DNA of 64,000 bases, taken from contig NW_003314293.1 in assembly GCF_000143415.4 (NCBI RefSeq), forward strand, positions 1,260,431-1,324,430, given 5' to 3'. A model generated the notes under the pieces. It was not told the DNA's origin. It searched no databases and worked only from the letters and a program-made list of their open reading frames with translations. This document shows positions 11,965 through 24,299 of the stretch, one piece after another (positions within the stretch are counted from its first letter, which is position 1; every line of letters begins with the position of its first letter). The position numbers and the translations under genes are program-made. This stretch comes from Selaginella moellendorffii (lineage: Eukaryota > Plantae > Lycopodiophyta).

Positions 11965-12502
11965 GAGATGGACCCGAGATGGAGTCCGAGATGGAGTCCG
12001 AGATGGAGTCCGAGTTGGAGTCCGAGGTGGACCCGAGGTGGAGTCCGAGATGGAGTCCAAGGTGGACCCAAGGTGGAGTCCGAGTTGGAGTCCAAGATGG
12101 AGTCCGAGTTGGAGCCTGAGGTGGACCCAAGGTGGACTCCGAGATGGAGTTTGAGGTGGACCCGAGGTGGAGTCCGAGATGAACCTGAGTTGGATCCCGA
12201 GGTGGACCCGAGGTGGAGTCCAAGATGGAGTCCAAGATGGAGTCCGAGATGGAGTCCGAGATGGACCCGAGATGGAGTCCGAGATGGAGTCCAAGATGGA
12301 GTCCGAGATGGAATCCAAGATGGACCCGAGATGGAGTCCGAGATGGAACCGAGACCGAGACCGAGACCAAGTCCGAGTCCGAGTCCGAGTCCGAGTCCGA
12401 GTCCGAGTCCGAGTCCGAGTCCGAGTCCGAGTCCGAGTCCGAGTCCGAGTCCGAGTTCGAGTCCGAAACCGGAACCGAGACCGAGTCCGAGTCCGAGTCC
12501 GA
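11965..12502. repeat. Hexamer-based satellite (GAGTCC/GAGATG/GACCCG) with a pure (GAGTCC)n tract near 12371-12455
   Basis: Directly visible; produces the spurious ES/SP/VR repeat ORFs. Confidence 0.95.
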
Positions 12503-12605
12503 ATACTAATACAGGCAGTTGGGTGAAAGCCCAAAGCGATCATCCCCCCTGCGGGGGATTCCAAAAGTATAGTAGGGAGAGTGTGGGGGTTGGAGCCCAG
12601 TGGAG

Positions 12606-12686
12606 CCAGTTTGGCCAGGAAAGTCTAGTTTGGCCCAGGAAAGGCCAATTTGGCCTAGGAAAGGCCAGTTTGGCCCAAGAAGGCCA
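12606..12686. repeat. ~4 copies of a 19-20 bp minisatellite CCAGTTTGGCCCAGGAAAGG
   Basis: Directly visible tandem units. Confidence 0.8.
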
Positions 12687-12980
12687 TACCCAATGTTGGG
12701 TGATGAACTGACCACTGGGAAGTCCAAGACTAGAGTGAATACGGACCAACAAGCGGGGTAGCTTGATGAAGTGCTCAAGAGCCGGCTCTAGTTCCCTCGG
12801 GAGATCGACTGGTTGATGCTCCCAGTCCAAGTGTGGGTGGCACTACCTACTTGGATACCTGGCATGGCTCAATGGAACCTTGCTCTAAGCCCATGGCTAG
12901 AGCACCCAAAGGTGGAAGGCGGGGAGAGTACCTATAAGGCTCACGTAGGGCCACAGTGTTCCGAAATGTCATCCCAACAC

Positions 12981-13930
12981 AGTGAGAATAATAGGACCTC
13001 TTGTTATAAAAACGAGCTTGGAAAGTAAACATTGGATAAACTGGTGCCGAGTGAACCCTTTGATGATACTCCCGAAAGAAAGATGGATGGGTCACTGTAT
13101 TTGCATAAGATGCTTCTATTACTTATGCAACTCTTCATTTCCCGGATACATCTCGGTGTTTAAACCTTCCACTGCATCAACACCAACAGAATGTTGTTGA
13201 CGCCAAGGTCTCCACACAAGAAATGGAGGCCGCCAATCCAGAAGATGCCAACAATGCTGATAAGTGTGACTAATTTCATCACAAGCCCAACAATGAATAT
13301 CACGGCTATGAGCACGTCCTCACCTTTGTCTTTGAACTCAAGCAACAATAGCATCAACCTCCATTAGAACAATACCATCTCCCCCATCTCTCACAAGAAG
13401 TGGAGCTGAAAGATATGCAACAAAAAGTGGAAAAGGCCATATCTCATAATATTGTGCCAAGTGACGAGCATCATCAAGGGTGGATCAGGTAAGTGCATGC
13501 ATATATCCTACCAAATCTTAATGAAATGCTGGCCATAACATTCCAAACTTGATCTGCTTCGACATATTTGGCTTTGTACAAAGTAAAAGGCTTCGAAAAC
13601 AAATGCAAAATTGCATCACTAACTCAGATGGCCCTTGATGACGACAATGCAATTGTTGTAAGGCATCATCACAATTGTCAGCATATCCAAATCCTTATTT
13701 GAAAATGTTTGGGAGAATACTCCAATCCCCACGAGTGGTTGTGTTTAAACCATTATAGCATTGCAGTGCTGTCCCTTGGAGACACGTGGGAAACTCATGC
13801 AAATGTTAAACATCATCCCAAGAATGATATATGGTAATCACCATGAAGTGATTAAACCAATGATACACATCATCCTTAGGATTCCCAAGAAAAAACTTTG
13901 GCCGAATACAAAGATTGGCACCATTGTTCA
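12981..13930 (-). mobile_element. Decayed gypsy gag/protease fragment (family B copy 1)
   Basis: Collinear with 20125-21060 and with the reverse complement of ~14990-15920. Confidence 0.75.
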
Positions 13931-14540
13931 TAGCTTTTGTTGTTTTTCTCCTTTTAACCCTAGTTATACTCTAGCCTAAAAGGTAATTTAAAGAAGCTAA
14001 CGTTGGCAATCTGCTCAAGGAGATGAAGCCGTCCAATTATCATCAAGATAAACTTGCATAACAAAGACAAGGCAAAGCTAGTGACAAACCCAAACCAGGA
14101 CAAGTAGTGCAGCAAATCTGATCCAAAAGTTGACCAAAGTGGCACTTGGAATGTTGAATGCTAGACTACCAGGTAAAGAAGGAGAACTCAAGAGCATGAG
14201 AATCCACACTCAAAAACATTGTTCTCATTTTATCAAAAGGAGGTATCAATCCTCTAACCTATGGCTTATGGGACCAATTTGAATTTACTTGAAGCACAAG
14301 CAAGATAAACCTGATAGGCTTCTTGAGGAGAATCTTGTCCTCCTTCCCAATTCAAGACAGAACTAGCTAAAAACCATAGAGAAGAAAGATAGAAAAAGCT
14401 ATGTTAGAGTTTTCTTCCAAAATCTCTTCCCAAAAATAGATTGCAATTGAGTCAGCTCAACAATAAGTTCACACTAATACTACTGATAAATACGGACTTT
14501 ATTGATATAAATAAAACCTTTTGAGGGACATTTTAAGATA

Positions 14541-17500
14541 TGTGAGGTTCATGATGCCATATCTAATATTAGTATAATAAGATTTTGGTAGCCATTAGAT
14601 TAGTTTCAATTTGGACCACTCACTCTTATATATAAGCTAGGGTTTTTAGGTTAATTGATATGCACATTCCTTGTATTCTCTTTCCATATTTCATGCACTC
14701 ACATTGGTGGAGGTGAAGGGTAACTTTAATTATCTATAAGGAGTTTTAAAATTTAACTTTTTCATTGTCTAAATATTTCTTTTTTCTTATTGTTTTTCTC
14801 AACTTCTTCTCTTTTGCTCTTTCCTTTTCATTCATCTTCATAGTAGAGCAGTAGCCTTTTTCTCCTTTGACTCTAGAGCAGTAATTAATGCAATTGCTCA
14901 ATGCTATACAGTTGCAATTGAAAAATCATACTCAATTGATGGCAACATTCACGATGCAGGGTACAACTCCTCCTGCTCTTGCTACCAATCCTTGCGTCTG
15001 GCCGGAGTTCTTTCATGGGAATCCTGGGGATGATCTATACCATTGGTTCAATCACTTCATGGTGATTGCCCTATATCATTCTTGGGATGATGCTCGATGT
15101 TGGGTGAGTTTCTCATGTGTCTTCAAGGGACGGCACTACAATGGTATAATGGTTTGAGCACAACCACTCGTGGGGATTGGAGTATTCTCCTAGATGTTTT
15201 CAAATGAGCATTTGGACATGCCAACAATTGTGATGATGCCTTCCAACAATTGCATTGTCTTCATCAAGGGCCATCTGAGTTAGTGATGCAATTTTGCATT
15301 TGTTTTCAAAGCCTTTTACTTTGTACAGAGCTAAATATGTCAAAGCAAATCAAGCTTGGAATGTTGTGGCCAGCATTTCATCAAGATTTGGTAGGACATG
15401 TGCATGCACTTACTCGATCCACCCTTGATGATGCCCTTCACTTAGCATAACGTTATGAGACATGGCCTCTTCCACTTCTTGTTGCATGTCCTTCAACTCT
15501 ACTTCCTATGAAAGATGGTTCTATGGAAGATGGTACTGTTCCAATGAAGGTTGATGCTATGCTGCTCAAGTTCAAGGACAAGGGCAAGGATGTGATCATG
15601 GCCGTGATATTCGCTGTTAGGTATGTGATGAAGTTGGTCACACTTATCGATGTTGTTGGCATTTTCTGGATTGGCAGCTTCCATTTCTTGTGTGGAGACT
15701 TTAGCGTTAATAATGTTCTATTAGTGTTGTTGTAGTGGAAGGTCTGAACACTAAGATGCATCTAGGAAACAAGGAGTTGCGCAAGTAATGGAGGGATCTT
15801 ATGTAAATAAGTTAGTGACCCCTTTATCTTTCTTTTGAGAGTAACATTAAAGGGTTCACTCAACACCAGTTCATCTAGTGTTTACTTTCGAAACTCATTT
15901 TTATAATAAAAGGTCTTCTATTATTTTCTTTGTGTTAGTTGATACAAGCTTGAGTTTATCTTCTATTGCTTGGCCTATTGCCACATATTGCCATCTACAT
16001 TTGTGTTAAACAGCAAAGCTAATTTTCATTATTTATGACAATAGTTGTATATATGCATGTGTATAGGATGAGGTGGACCTAGTTATGCATGTAGGCAATC
16101 TCAAGCTTGAGTTGTAGTCATTACAAATGGTGCCGAGTCAAACTTTTGACCTTATCCTTGGTATGGATTGTTTGCGGCACAATCACACCAAGTATGACTT
16201 TGAGGTTTTTCCCCCTTTGTCTCATACTTTTTGATATTTTTTCCATTCTTCTCACTTCTGTACTTCTTTATCCCTTTGCTTTTACCTCTACTTCCATCAC
16301 TTTTATCTTCCTATTACTTCCTCCTAAGATGAGGATTCCGTGCCATTGGTGGTTGCTATACTTGATGTTCAATGTCCACAAGGTGTAAAGCAAAATTTAC
16401 CTTCTCATGACGAGATTTATGTGGCTCAAAAGATTGAGCCATAAATTTGAAGGCTTTGCAATGGGTTTGAGAATCTTGTATCACTTGCCATTTTGGCATT
16501 TACATTCTCAATATCACCTTAAAGACAATCTTCTTTATTTTCTAGGGATGGATCCTAATGATCATTTACAGCTGGTGGTGCCTTCAATCTTTATTCCATG
16601 CTTTCTCTATGCCTACCATAATTCTTTTATTTTATGTGGGCATATGGGACATCATCGTATGACCGAGAAATTGCACAAGTCATTTTATTGACCGGAGATA
16701 CAACGTGATCTTATCCGGTATATGTGTAACTATGTTTTATGCTATACTCATAATATGTGTTGTGAAAGGATTGTTAAAGTCAATTACAATTTCCTGTCTG
16801 TTTGAGTTTGTGGCATTTGATTTGATGGGACCTTTTCCACGCTCAATTGTTGGCAATGAGTATGTCTAGTGTATCCTCAATTGAGATGTCAAAATGTTAA
16901 ATGCCTCAACCATAAATGTGAGACCATTATCTAAAAGAATCCGCTTTGGACAGGAATGCTGGAACACCACTCGATTGAGCAAAAAGTATCCAACAATAAT
17001 TGCAAACATGCTAGTAAGAGCACCAATTTCCACCTAGCGAATCAAGTAATCAGAGGCAATAATCACTTCAAGAGTGTTTATCATTCACAATTAGACGGTT
17101 TGGTGGAACAGCTTATTCAGACCTTCAAAAGGATGATCATGCAGTATGTACACTTTGAGCATTCGGATTAAGATGGTTATTTCCTATCTCTTCGATATAC
17201 GTATGTTACAGAGGTGTAAAGTTCTATTGATGCTTCACCATATAAGCTCCTATAAAATCATAATCAAATACTGCTAATGGAGTTAAGTTTACCTTTGCAA
17301 TTGCTACGAGCTGTTGATGCTAGGTTATAGGATCAATATTTAATGAGCATTCTTCCACTTATCAAAGTAAAGTATAGCAAACACCTAGGCCATGTACAAG
17401 TGGGATAACAATGGTGCTACAACTCCCATCATCGTCCACATGTGAAATACAAAGTGGATAACTTGGTGTTAGTCTATTTTCCCCATCTTACAATACATGA

Positions 17501-17912
17501 TTTATCTAAAAGGCTCTTTTCTTAGTAAAAAGGTCTATATCAAATGTTGTGGCAAGTTGGATCGCAAGTTTATGAGGTTTTGCATGACATCTAGAAATTA
17601 TGCATATGTAACAACTAAAACACTTTGTACAAAGGGATTAGAAACAATTAGCACCATCTATAGATCCATCGATGCCTCCTCCTAATGTTCCTTTAGATCC
17701 TGGCCCATTAACAAAATAACCCTAACAATCTTCCATCATTTCGAAATGAGGGCATGATGTGAGGTCCAAATATATAGCTACAATGTTGTATACTAATATT
17801 AGCATGAATTGGTTTTAATTCGGACCACTCGCTCCTTTATACAAACTGGGGTTTTTGGACTAATTGATATGCACATTTCTTGTATTCTCTTTCTATATTC
17901 CATACATTCACA
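14541..17912 (+). mobile_element. Internally deleted Ty3/gypsy element (family B copy 2): LTRs 14541-14703 and 17758-17912, PBS TGGTGGAG, gag, protease and integrase remnants, no RT/RNase H
   Basis: Similar short TG...CA LTRs; PEFFHGNPGDD gag, LVDT protease, YH...GHMGH integrase zinc-binding, DLMGPF, YHSQLDGLVE; many stops. Confidence 0.8.
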
Positions 17913-18199
17913 AATATAAATTATTAATTTCTATTAATAAAATCTTATCTACAGTGATCAAATATATGACTTATTATTAAGAGATATTTAACTATTACTG
18001 ATATAAGTATAAACAAATATAGAAACTTCATCATTAATTAATGAAACATATTTTTTCTTATCCAATAGAATATTTTAAAATACTATCTTCAAAAACTTAT
18101 CTTATTAAATTTTACTAGTTAGTATAAACCCTTCTATAAATATATAAACTTTCATCATTATCTTTAGTTGGAATCTTTTTACATATTAACTTAACAGTT

Positions 18200-21100
18200 C
18201 CTTTCAAATCAATAAATAAGTTGATTGAGGTAGATCTTGCTCTACACCTTGTGGACACAAAACGTCAAATACAACAATTACCGACGGCACAGAATCTTCA
18301 TCTAGAAAATCCACAGGTGCTGAAACAACAAGCTCGTCAGAAACATGATAAGAGAGTGGAGAAAGAAGAGGAGCTCGAGAAAAGGCATCAGCATCAGCCA
18401 TAGAACTCCCTAGACGATGAACAACATCAAAATTATATATCTAAAGCTTCAAAGCCCACCGAACAATACAACCAACTAAGTTCTTCCGCTTCAATAATGA
18501 AGTAATAGCAGCATGGTCACCTTCAAGTAATGTCTGAGAACTATGTAGATATGCATGAAGTTTCTCAAAACCCCAGAAGACTGCTAAACACTCCTTCTCT
18601 GTCGTGGAGTAGTTCATCTCTGTTGGTTGTAATGTATGGCTTATATACGCAATAGGATGGCACTGACCAGGCACACTTAAACTCTCTTGCATCAACACAC
18701 CTCCAAGACCAATGTCAAAAGCATCCACGCGCAAAATAAAAGGTTGAGTGTAGTTAGGATATGCCAAAACTAAAGGAGTCATCAATAGCTATTTAAGATC
18801 CACAAATGCTCACTCACAATCCAAAGATCAAATGAAAGACAAGATTGATGACTTCAGTAACGCTCTGCAGTGCGATCAGAAAGATGATCCACAAAACAAC
18901 CAAGATATTGCACCTTGCCCAAGAAGCACAGCCAATCATTCACACACTTCGGAGTAGGGAACTTTAGAACAGCCATAAGTTTGTCAGGATCAATTTGCAA
19001 ACCCTCACGAGAAATACAATACCCAAGATAAGTTGTGTCCTTGGACCAAACATGCACTTCGACCGCTTCAATTTTAAACTAATGTCCTGTAGCTGATCCA
19101 ACACTTTACAAACATTATGCACGTGCTCCTCCCATATCCCCTCTGAGTGGATCAAGACATCATCAATGAAGTTAGCAGTCACCTCTAGCATATCGCAAAG
19201 TACCTCGAGAACTTGTACAAACCAAATGGTGTACGAAAAGCAATCTTAGGAATATCTTCTTCGGCCATCGGTACTTGCCAGTACCCAGAAACAAGATCTA
19301 GCTTGGTGAACTAACAACTTCACCCCAAATGATCCAAGAGATCAGCAGTGTGAGGAAGAGGATACACATCTAGGATTGTCACTTCGTTTAACGAACGATA
19401 GTTGATATAGAAACGAATACTCCCATCAGGCTTTGTCATAAGATGAGGTTTACATGCCCAAGGATTCTGCGACTTTTGAATAACACCCTTCTCCAAGATT
19501 TCCTTGATGTTTGCACGTAAATCTTGATCTCCTTGGTGACCGATGATGAACAGGAACCTTGATTGGACGAGCATCCCCAGTTGGAATCGGATGACGTGTG
19601 GCAATCTTGGCTCTAGACGATAGGTCAAATTCAAAGAGATCAGAATACTCCTTTATGAGCGGATCAACTACCGCAACACAAAGATTGTCAGAGGGATCGA
19701 AAAAAGGAAGAGCAAAACAAAACAGAAACATATGAGGAAATAGTGGGGGAACAAAAGTAATGGAAGCAGAAGTAGAAGTAAAGGGACGAAGAGGTATAGA
19801 AATGAGAAGAATGGATGAAACATAAGGAAATATGAGACAAGGGGAAGAAGCCTCAAAGTCATGGCATGATTGTGCTACAACCAATCCATACCAAGGATGA
19901 GGTCAAAAGTTTGACTCGGCACTACCTGCAATGACTGCAACTCAAGCTCGAAATCGCCCACACACACAACCAAATCTGCCTCATCCCGTGCACATGCATG
20001 TGTACAGCCGTTGCTATAAAGAATGAAAATTGGTTCTACCACACGACGCAAGTGTAGACGGCAACGTTTGGCAACAGGTCGAGCAATAGAAGATAAACTC
20101 AAACCTGTATCAACCAACATGAAGAGAATAATAGGAGACCTCTTGTTATAAAAACGAGCTTGAAAAGTAAACATTGGATGAATCGGTGCTGAGTGAACCC
20201 CTTGATAATACTCCCGAAAGAAAGATGAAGGGGTCACTAACTTATTCGCACAAGGTCCCTCCATTACTCATGTGACTCCTCGTTTCCCGGATGCATCTCA
20301 ATGTCTACACCTTCCATTGCAACAGCACCAATAAGATGTTGCTGACACTAAGGTCTCCACCTAGGAAACGAAAGTCACCAATTCAGAAAATGCCGACAAT
20401 GCTAATAAGTATGACCAACTTCATCACACACTTAGCAGCAAACATCGCGGCCATGACCACGTCCTCGCCCTTATCCTTAAACTCAAGCAGCAGTAGCATT
20501 AACCTCCATTGGAATAGAACCATCACCCATAGGAAGTGGAACTGAAGGACGTGCAGCGAAAAGTGGAAGAGGTGATGTCTCATAATGTTGTGCCAAGCGA
20601 AGAGCATCATCAAGGGTGGCTAAAGTAAGTGCATGCACAAGTCCAACAAGATCTTGATGAAGTGCTAGCCACAACATTCCTAGCTTGATCCGCTCCGACA
20701 TATTTGGCTCTACACGAAACAAAAGACTTCATAAACGAACGCTAAATTGCATCACCGACTCAAATGGCCCTTGGCGAAAACGATGCAATTGTTGGAAGGC
20801 ATCATGACAATCGTTGGCATGTCCGAAGGTGCGTTTGAAGACATCCGTGAGAACACTCTAATCCCCACGAGTGGCTGCGCTCAAACCATTGTACCATTGC
20901 AACGCTATCCCTTGTAAACATGTGGGAAACTCACACAAACGTCAAGTATCATCCCAAGAATGATATATGGCAATCATTATGAAGTGATCGAACCAATAGT
21001 ATACATCATCCCTAGGATTCCCACGAAAGAACTCCAGCCGAACGCAAAGATTGGCACCAAAAGTAGGAGGAGTTGTACCATATGCCATGAACGCCGCTAT

Positions 21101-21606
21101 CAATTGAGTTTAGTTGTTCAATTGCAAATGCATAGCATTAAGCAATTGTACCAACTGCTACTCCAAAGTCAAAGGAAGAGATTGCTAATCTGCCATGAAG
21201 ATGAACGAAAAAAAAAAAGCAAAAGAAGAGAAATAACAAAAAAGCTAGAAGGAAATGGTAGATCTAGACAATGCAAAAAGCTAAATCTAAACCAAAATTT
21301 TAAAAGGAAAGAACAAAAGAAAGGAAATAGAAAAAGCTAGATATAGACGATGCAAAAGCTAGATCTAAATTAAAATCCCAAATCCAAGCACTCTTCAAAG
21401 ACAATCAAAGGTGCCCTTCGTCTCCACCAATGTGAATGCTTGGAATATGGAAAGGGAATATAAAAAATGTGCATATCAATTAGCCTAAAAACTTTAGTTT
21501 ATATACAGAAGCGAATGGTCCAAATTAAAACTAATCTGACGGCTACCAAAAATTCACTACATTAATATTAATATATAATATTGTAACTGTACACTTGGCC
21601 ATCACA
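18200..21606 (-). mobile_element. Decayed Ty3/gypsy element (family B copy 3): 5' LTR 21431-21606, PBS, gag, protease, RT, RNase H; 3'-truncated
   Basis: PLVLAYPNYTQPFILRVDAFDIGLGGVL...NYSTTEKECLAV (RNase H), FIDDVLI, KPDGSIRFYINYRSLN, LVDTG; LTR homologous to 14541-14703. Confidence 0.88.
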
Positions 21607-21613
21607 ACCTGAA

Positions 21614-21616
<3 letters not shown>

Positions 21617-21652
<36 letters not shown>
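21617..21652. repeat. (TA)n microsatellite
   Basis: Directly visible. Confidence 0.95.
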
Positions 21653-21655
<3 letters not shown>

Positions 21656-21725
21656 GGGGCTTGAGGGTTTAGGGTTTTTGCTCTTTTAGGTTTTTAGATG
21701 GTTGTGTCAGAAACGTTTTGGGGCG

Positions 21726-23407
21726 ATGCCAGCTGTGGTTGTGCTGCGCAAGGGGCAGCTGCTCCAAACCTATTCGGATCAAGGCCTGACAGTGGGTGAC
21801 GTACTTGATGATTTGCGCGAGTCGGGGTTTGTGGGGCATCTGGAGGACGAGCACGGCAAGCTCCTCCGCAGGTACGTTCTTGTTGGAGGCTCTACGTACA
21901 ACTTCGTAGAGGTGATGCTGGGAAATGGGATTGATTGATTTTCTAATGCATTGAAAATCCGCAGAAGCAAGGGGCAACCTGGTTTGATTTGCATCTACGA
22001 GTACCCTCACCTTCCGCTTTCGCTGCAGACCCTGAAGCTATGATGCGGTATCTGGGCGGTGACGATCCGATATACGATCTCGGTCGGACATCAGCAGCCA
22101 TTCCGCTGCCGCTCACAGTTGAGGCGTTCGCACTGTACGTCCAAGGCCTTAAGTTCCGTGTTCTCGACGCATTGGACTGGAGCTTCGTGTCCAAGGTTAT
22201 GGGCATGAGTAGATTCTTCGAGAATGAGACGCAGCGGCAGAGTGCATTTCTGGAGTGTACTGAGGATTATCTCAGGGCAACATGTGCTGGTGTGCAGTTG
22301 AGGTTTACGGAGTCTGTCAAACGGAAAGGCATGCCGGATATCAAGATCGAGGCCTTGGTCCTGGGAGAGTGGATAACTATCTGCATGATAGAGGTGAAGG
22401 TAGAGATTGGGGGAGGGGAGCCTTGTGTCGAGCTGGTGAAGTACTACGCCGACTACACAACGCAGCTGTGGCAGAGAAACGATTGGTTGTATCAAAACTC
22501 CTGCTGTCCAGTGCTGCTGATTGAGGTTGTTGGTCCGCATGTCCGAGTTGGGGGTGCGGTCAGGTACGTGGACAAGCCTGCTTATCAGCCATTCACCCCG
22601 CTTCTTCACGTTTTCAAGTTCGTCCAGGATGCAGACCACCTGAGTATCCTGTCCAGAGCTCTTGGCTCCATTGGTGATGCGGTGAAGTCTTTGGTGGCGT
22701 TTTACGCTGGGGTGACGCGTTCCCTTCCGCCTGTAAGGGCAGCTGAAGTGGAGTGGCCTTACGCGATCACACGTCTGCAGCAGCAAGGGGCGGTAATTGT
22801 TCAGACCACGCTTTCACGGAGCTTCCTCCGTGCAATGAACAAGCAACTCCTGTTTGGCGTGGAATTGAAGGGAAACCGCCGCATCGTCAAGTTCTGCCAA
22901 CGTTACGGAACTGCGATCCATCAGCAGTGGGCTGCTGAAGGCTTTGCTCCTTCCTTCACGTGGCGCACCCTTGCTGGTGGCTGGTTGATGATCGACATGG
23001 AGCTGTGCTCACAGGACGATGGCTGGGTATCACTTATGGCCTTGGATCCCAACAGTTGGAGTGTAGGAGACAACGCAGCTAATGAGTATCGTCTGCAGCC
23101 AGAGGAGTGGGAAGTTTGCAAACAGAAGGTGGTAGAGGGATACAGGACTCTGCGGCTCAAGTTTCCAGGGGTTGTGCACGGAGATCTGCGAAAGGCCAAC
23201 ATTATGTACAATGTCTCAAGCAAGCACGTAGCTTTTCTGGACTTCGACTGGGCAGGGATCGAAGGACAGGAGAAGTACCCGCTGCTGATTAACACCCTCA
23301 TGCAATGGCCTGAGGGCGTTGGTCCGTGTAAACCCATGAAAGCGGAACACGACCGGCAATTGCTTGCTACTGAGCTGGGGGTGAAGCCTGACGACATTGT
23401 CGCCTAA
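21726..23407 (+). CDS. Crinkler (CR)-like protein: ~62-aa header + PD-(D/E)xK restriction-endonuclease-like domain + atypical protein kinase; exons 21726-21911 and 21965-23407
   Basis: In-frame 53-nt GT..AG intron. Nuclease motif PDIKIE...IEVKVEIG; kinase motifs IVKF, GFAP, VHGDLRKANIM, FLDFDWAG, KYP. No stops. Confidence 0.75.
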
Positions 23408-24299
23408 GAGACTGCCTGTGCTCGCGACACGCGACCTTTTGTTTTTTTCTATTTTCTTTTCTTTTGTTTTTTTTCAGCTTGAAGTTTTCAAGCTCAAGAA
23501 CAAATGCAGAATGGGATGAGAGCTCCAGTTGTCGGATAGGAACTGGACGCTTTGAGCCCCCAACATGCAGAGAAAAATCAACAGAAGTCGTTGTGCAAAA
23601 TCCATTCTACTGGGGCATAATTCGAAATGCTTTTATATGAATTCGTCTTTACAATGGGTATTTGCAACTAGACATTGTCTACATTGCTCTGATTTGTTGC
23701 ACCAGGGTTGAAATAGTCCATCATCTTTTAGAGATATATTAACTATAGTACGCTGCTCTGCTGTGGCATAAATGAATCGTGTGCTCAAAAGCCTAGGCGG
23801 AGCTTGTAACACTGTTCAACAGCACTGGAGTTCGCCGACCTGGTAGTGATCTTGTATCTCTGCTAGACGATCCGAAGCACATTGGCAACAGGCTAGCTGG
23901 TGCGCTGTCTCCCAAGTTCCATTAGAACACACAATTGTTTCTTTCTTTTTTGTTTTTTTGTTTGTTTGTTTTTGTGTTTCTTTTTTTCAGGGGCTGCTGT
24001 GTAGCCGGTCTGTCAGGCTTAAAAACCTTAGGATAAACATCCCCTCACCATAAGAAGTTTGAAAAGAGGCAATGATTATACAGTGTAAGTGGGTACACAA
24101 ATTTAAGTATAAAAAGTTAGGTGAAGGTTAGGTTTATTACACCCATAGCTAAATAGATAAACAAATTTCTAAATGGCAATTGAAAGAGCTAGTACACATG
24201 CATTAGCCTCCTGAGTTCAAAGTGCATGGAAAATAATGCAAACTTTGGCAGTTTATTTATGGACTCAAATAATCCTTAATGATATGGTATAAACATCTT

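Larger units (their letters stand above)
11094..12979. mobile_element. Possible solo LTR or LTR fragment (TGTTGGG...CCCAACA) carrying satellites
   Basis: Non-coding 1.9-kb block between two unrelated gypsy fragments, with 7-bp inverted ends; no matching TSD found. Confidence 0.35.

Noticed and set aside
11965-12686. Possible CRISPR-like array
   Set aside because: No unique spacers, no cas genes, eukaryotic context.
11702-12711. Many overlapping ORFs with ES/SP/RT/VR repeats
   Set aside because: Artefacts of a stop-free hexamer satellite.
13990-14400. Possible LINE ORF1 fragment on the minus strand
   Set aside because: Only vague similarity; too decayed to support.
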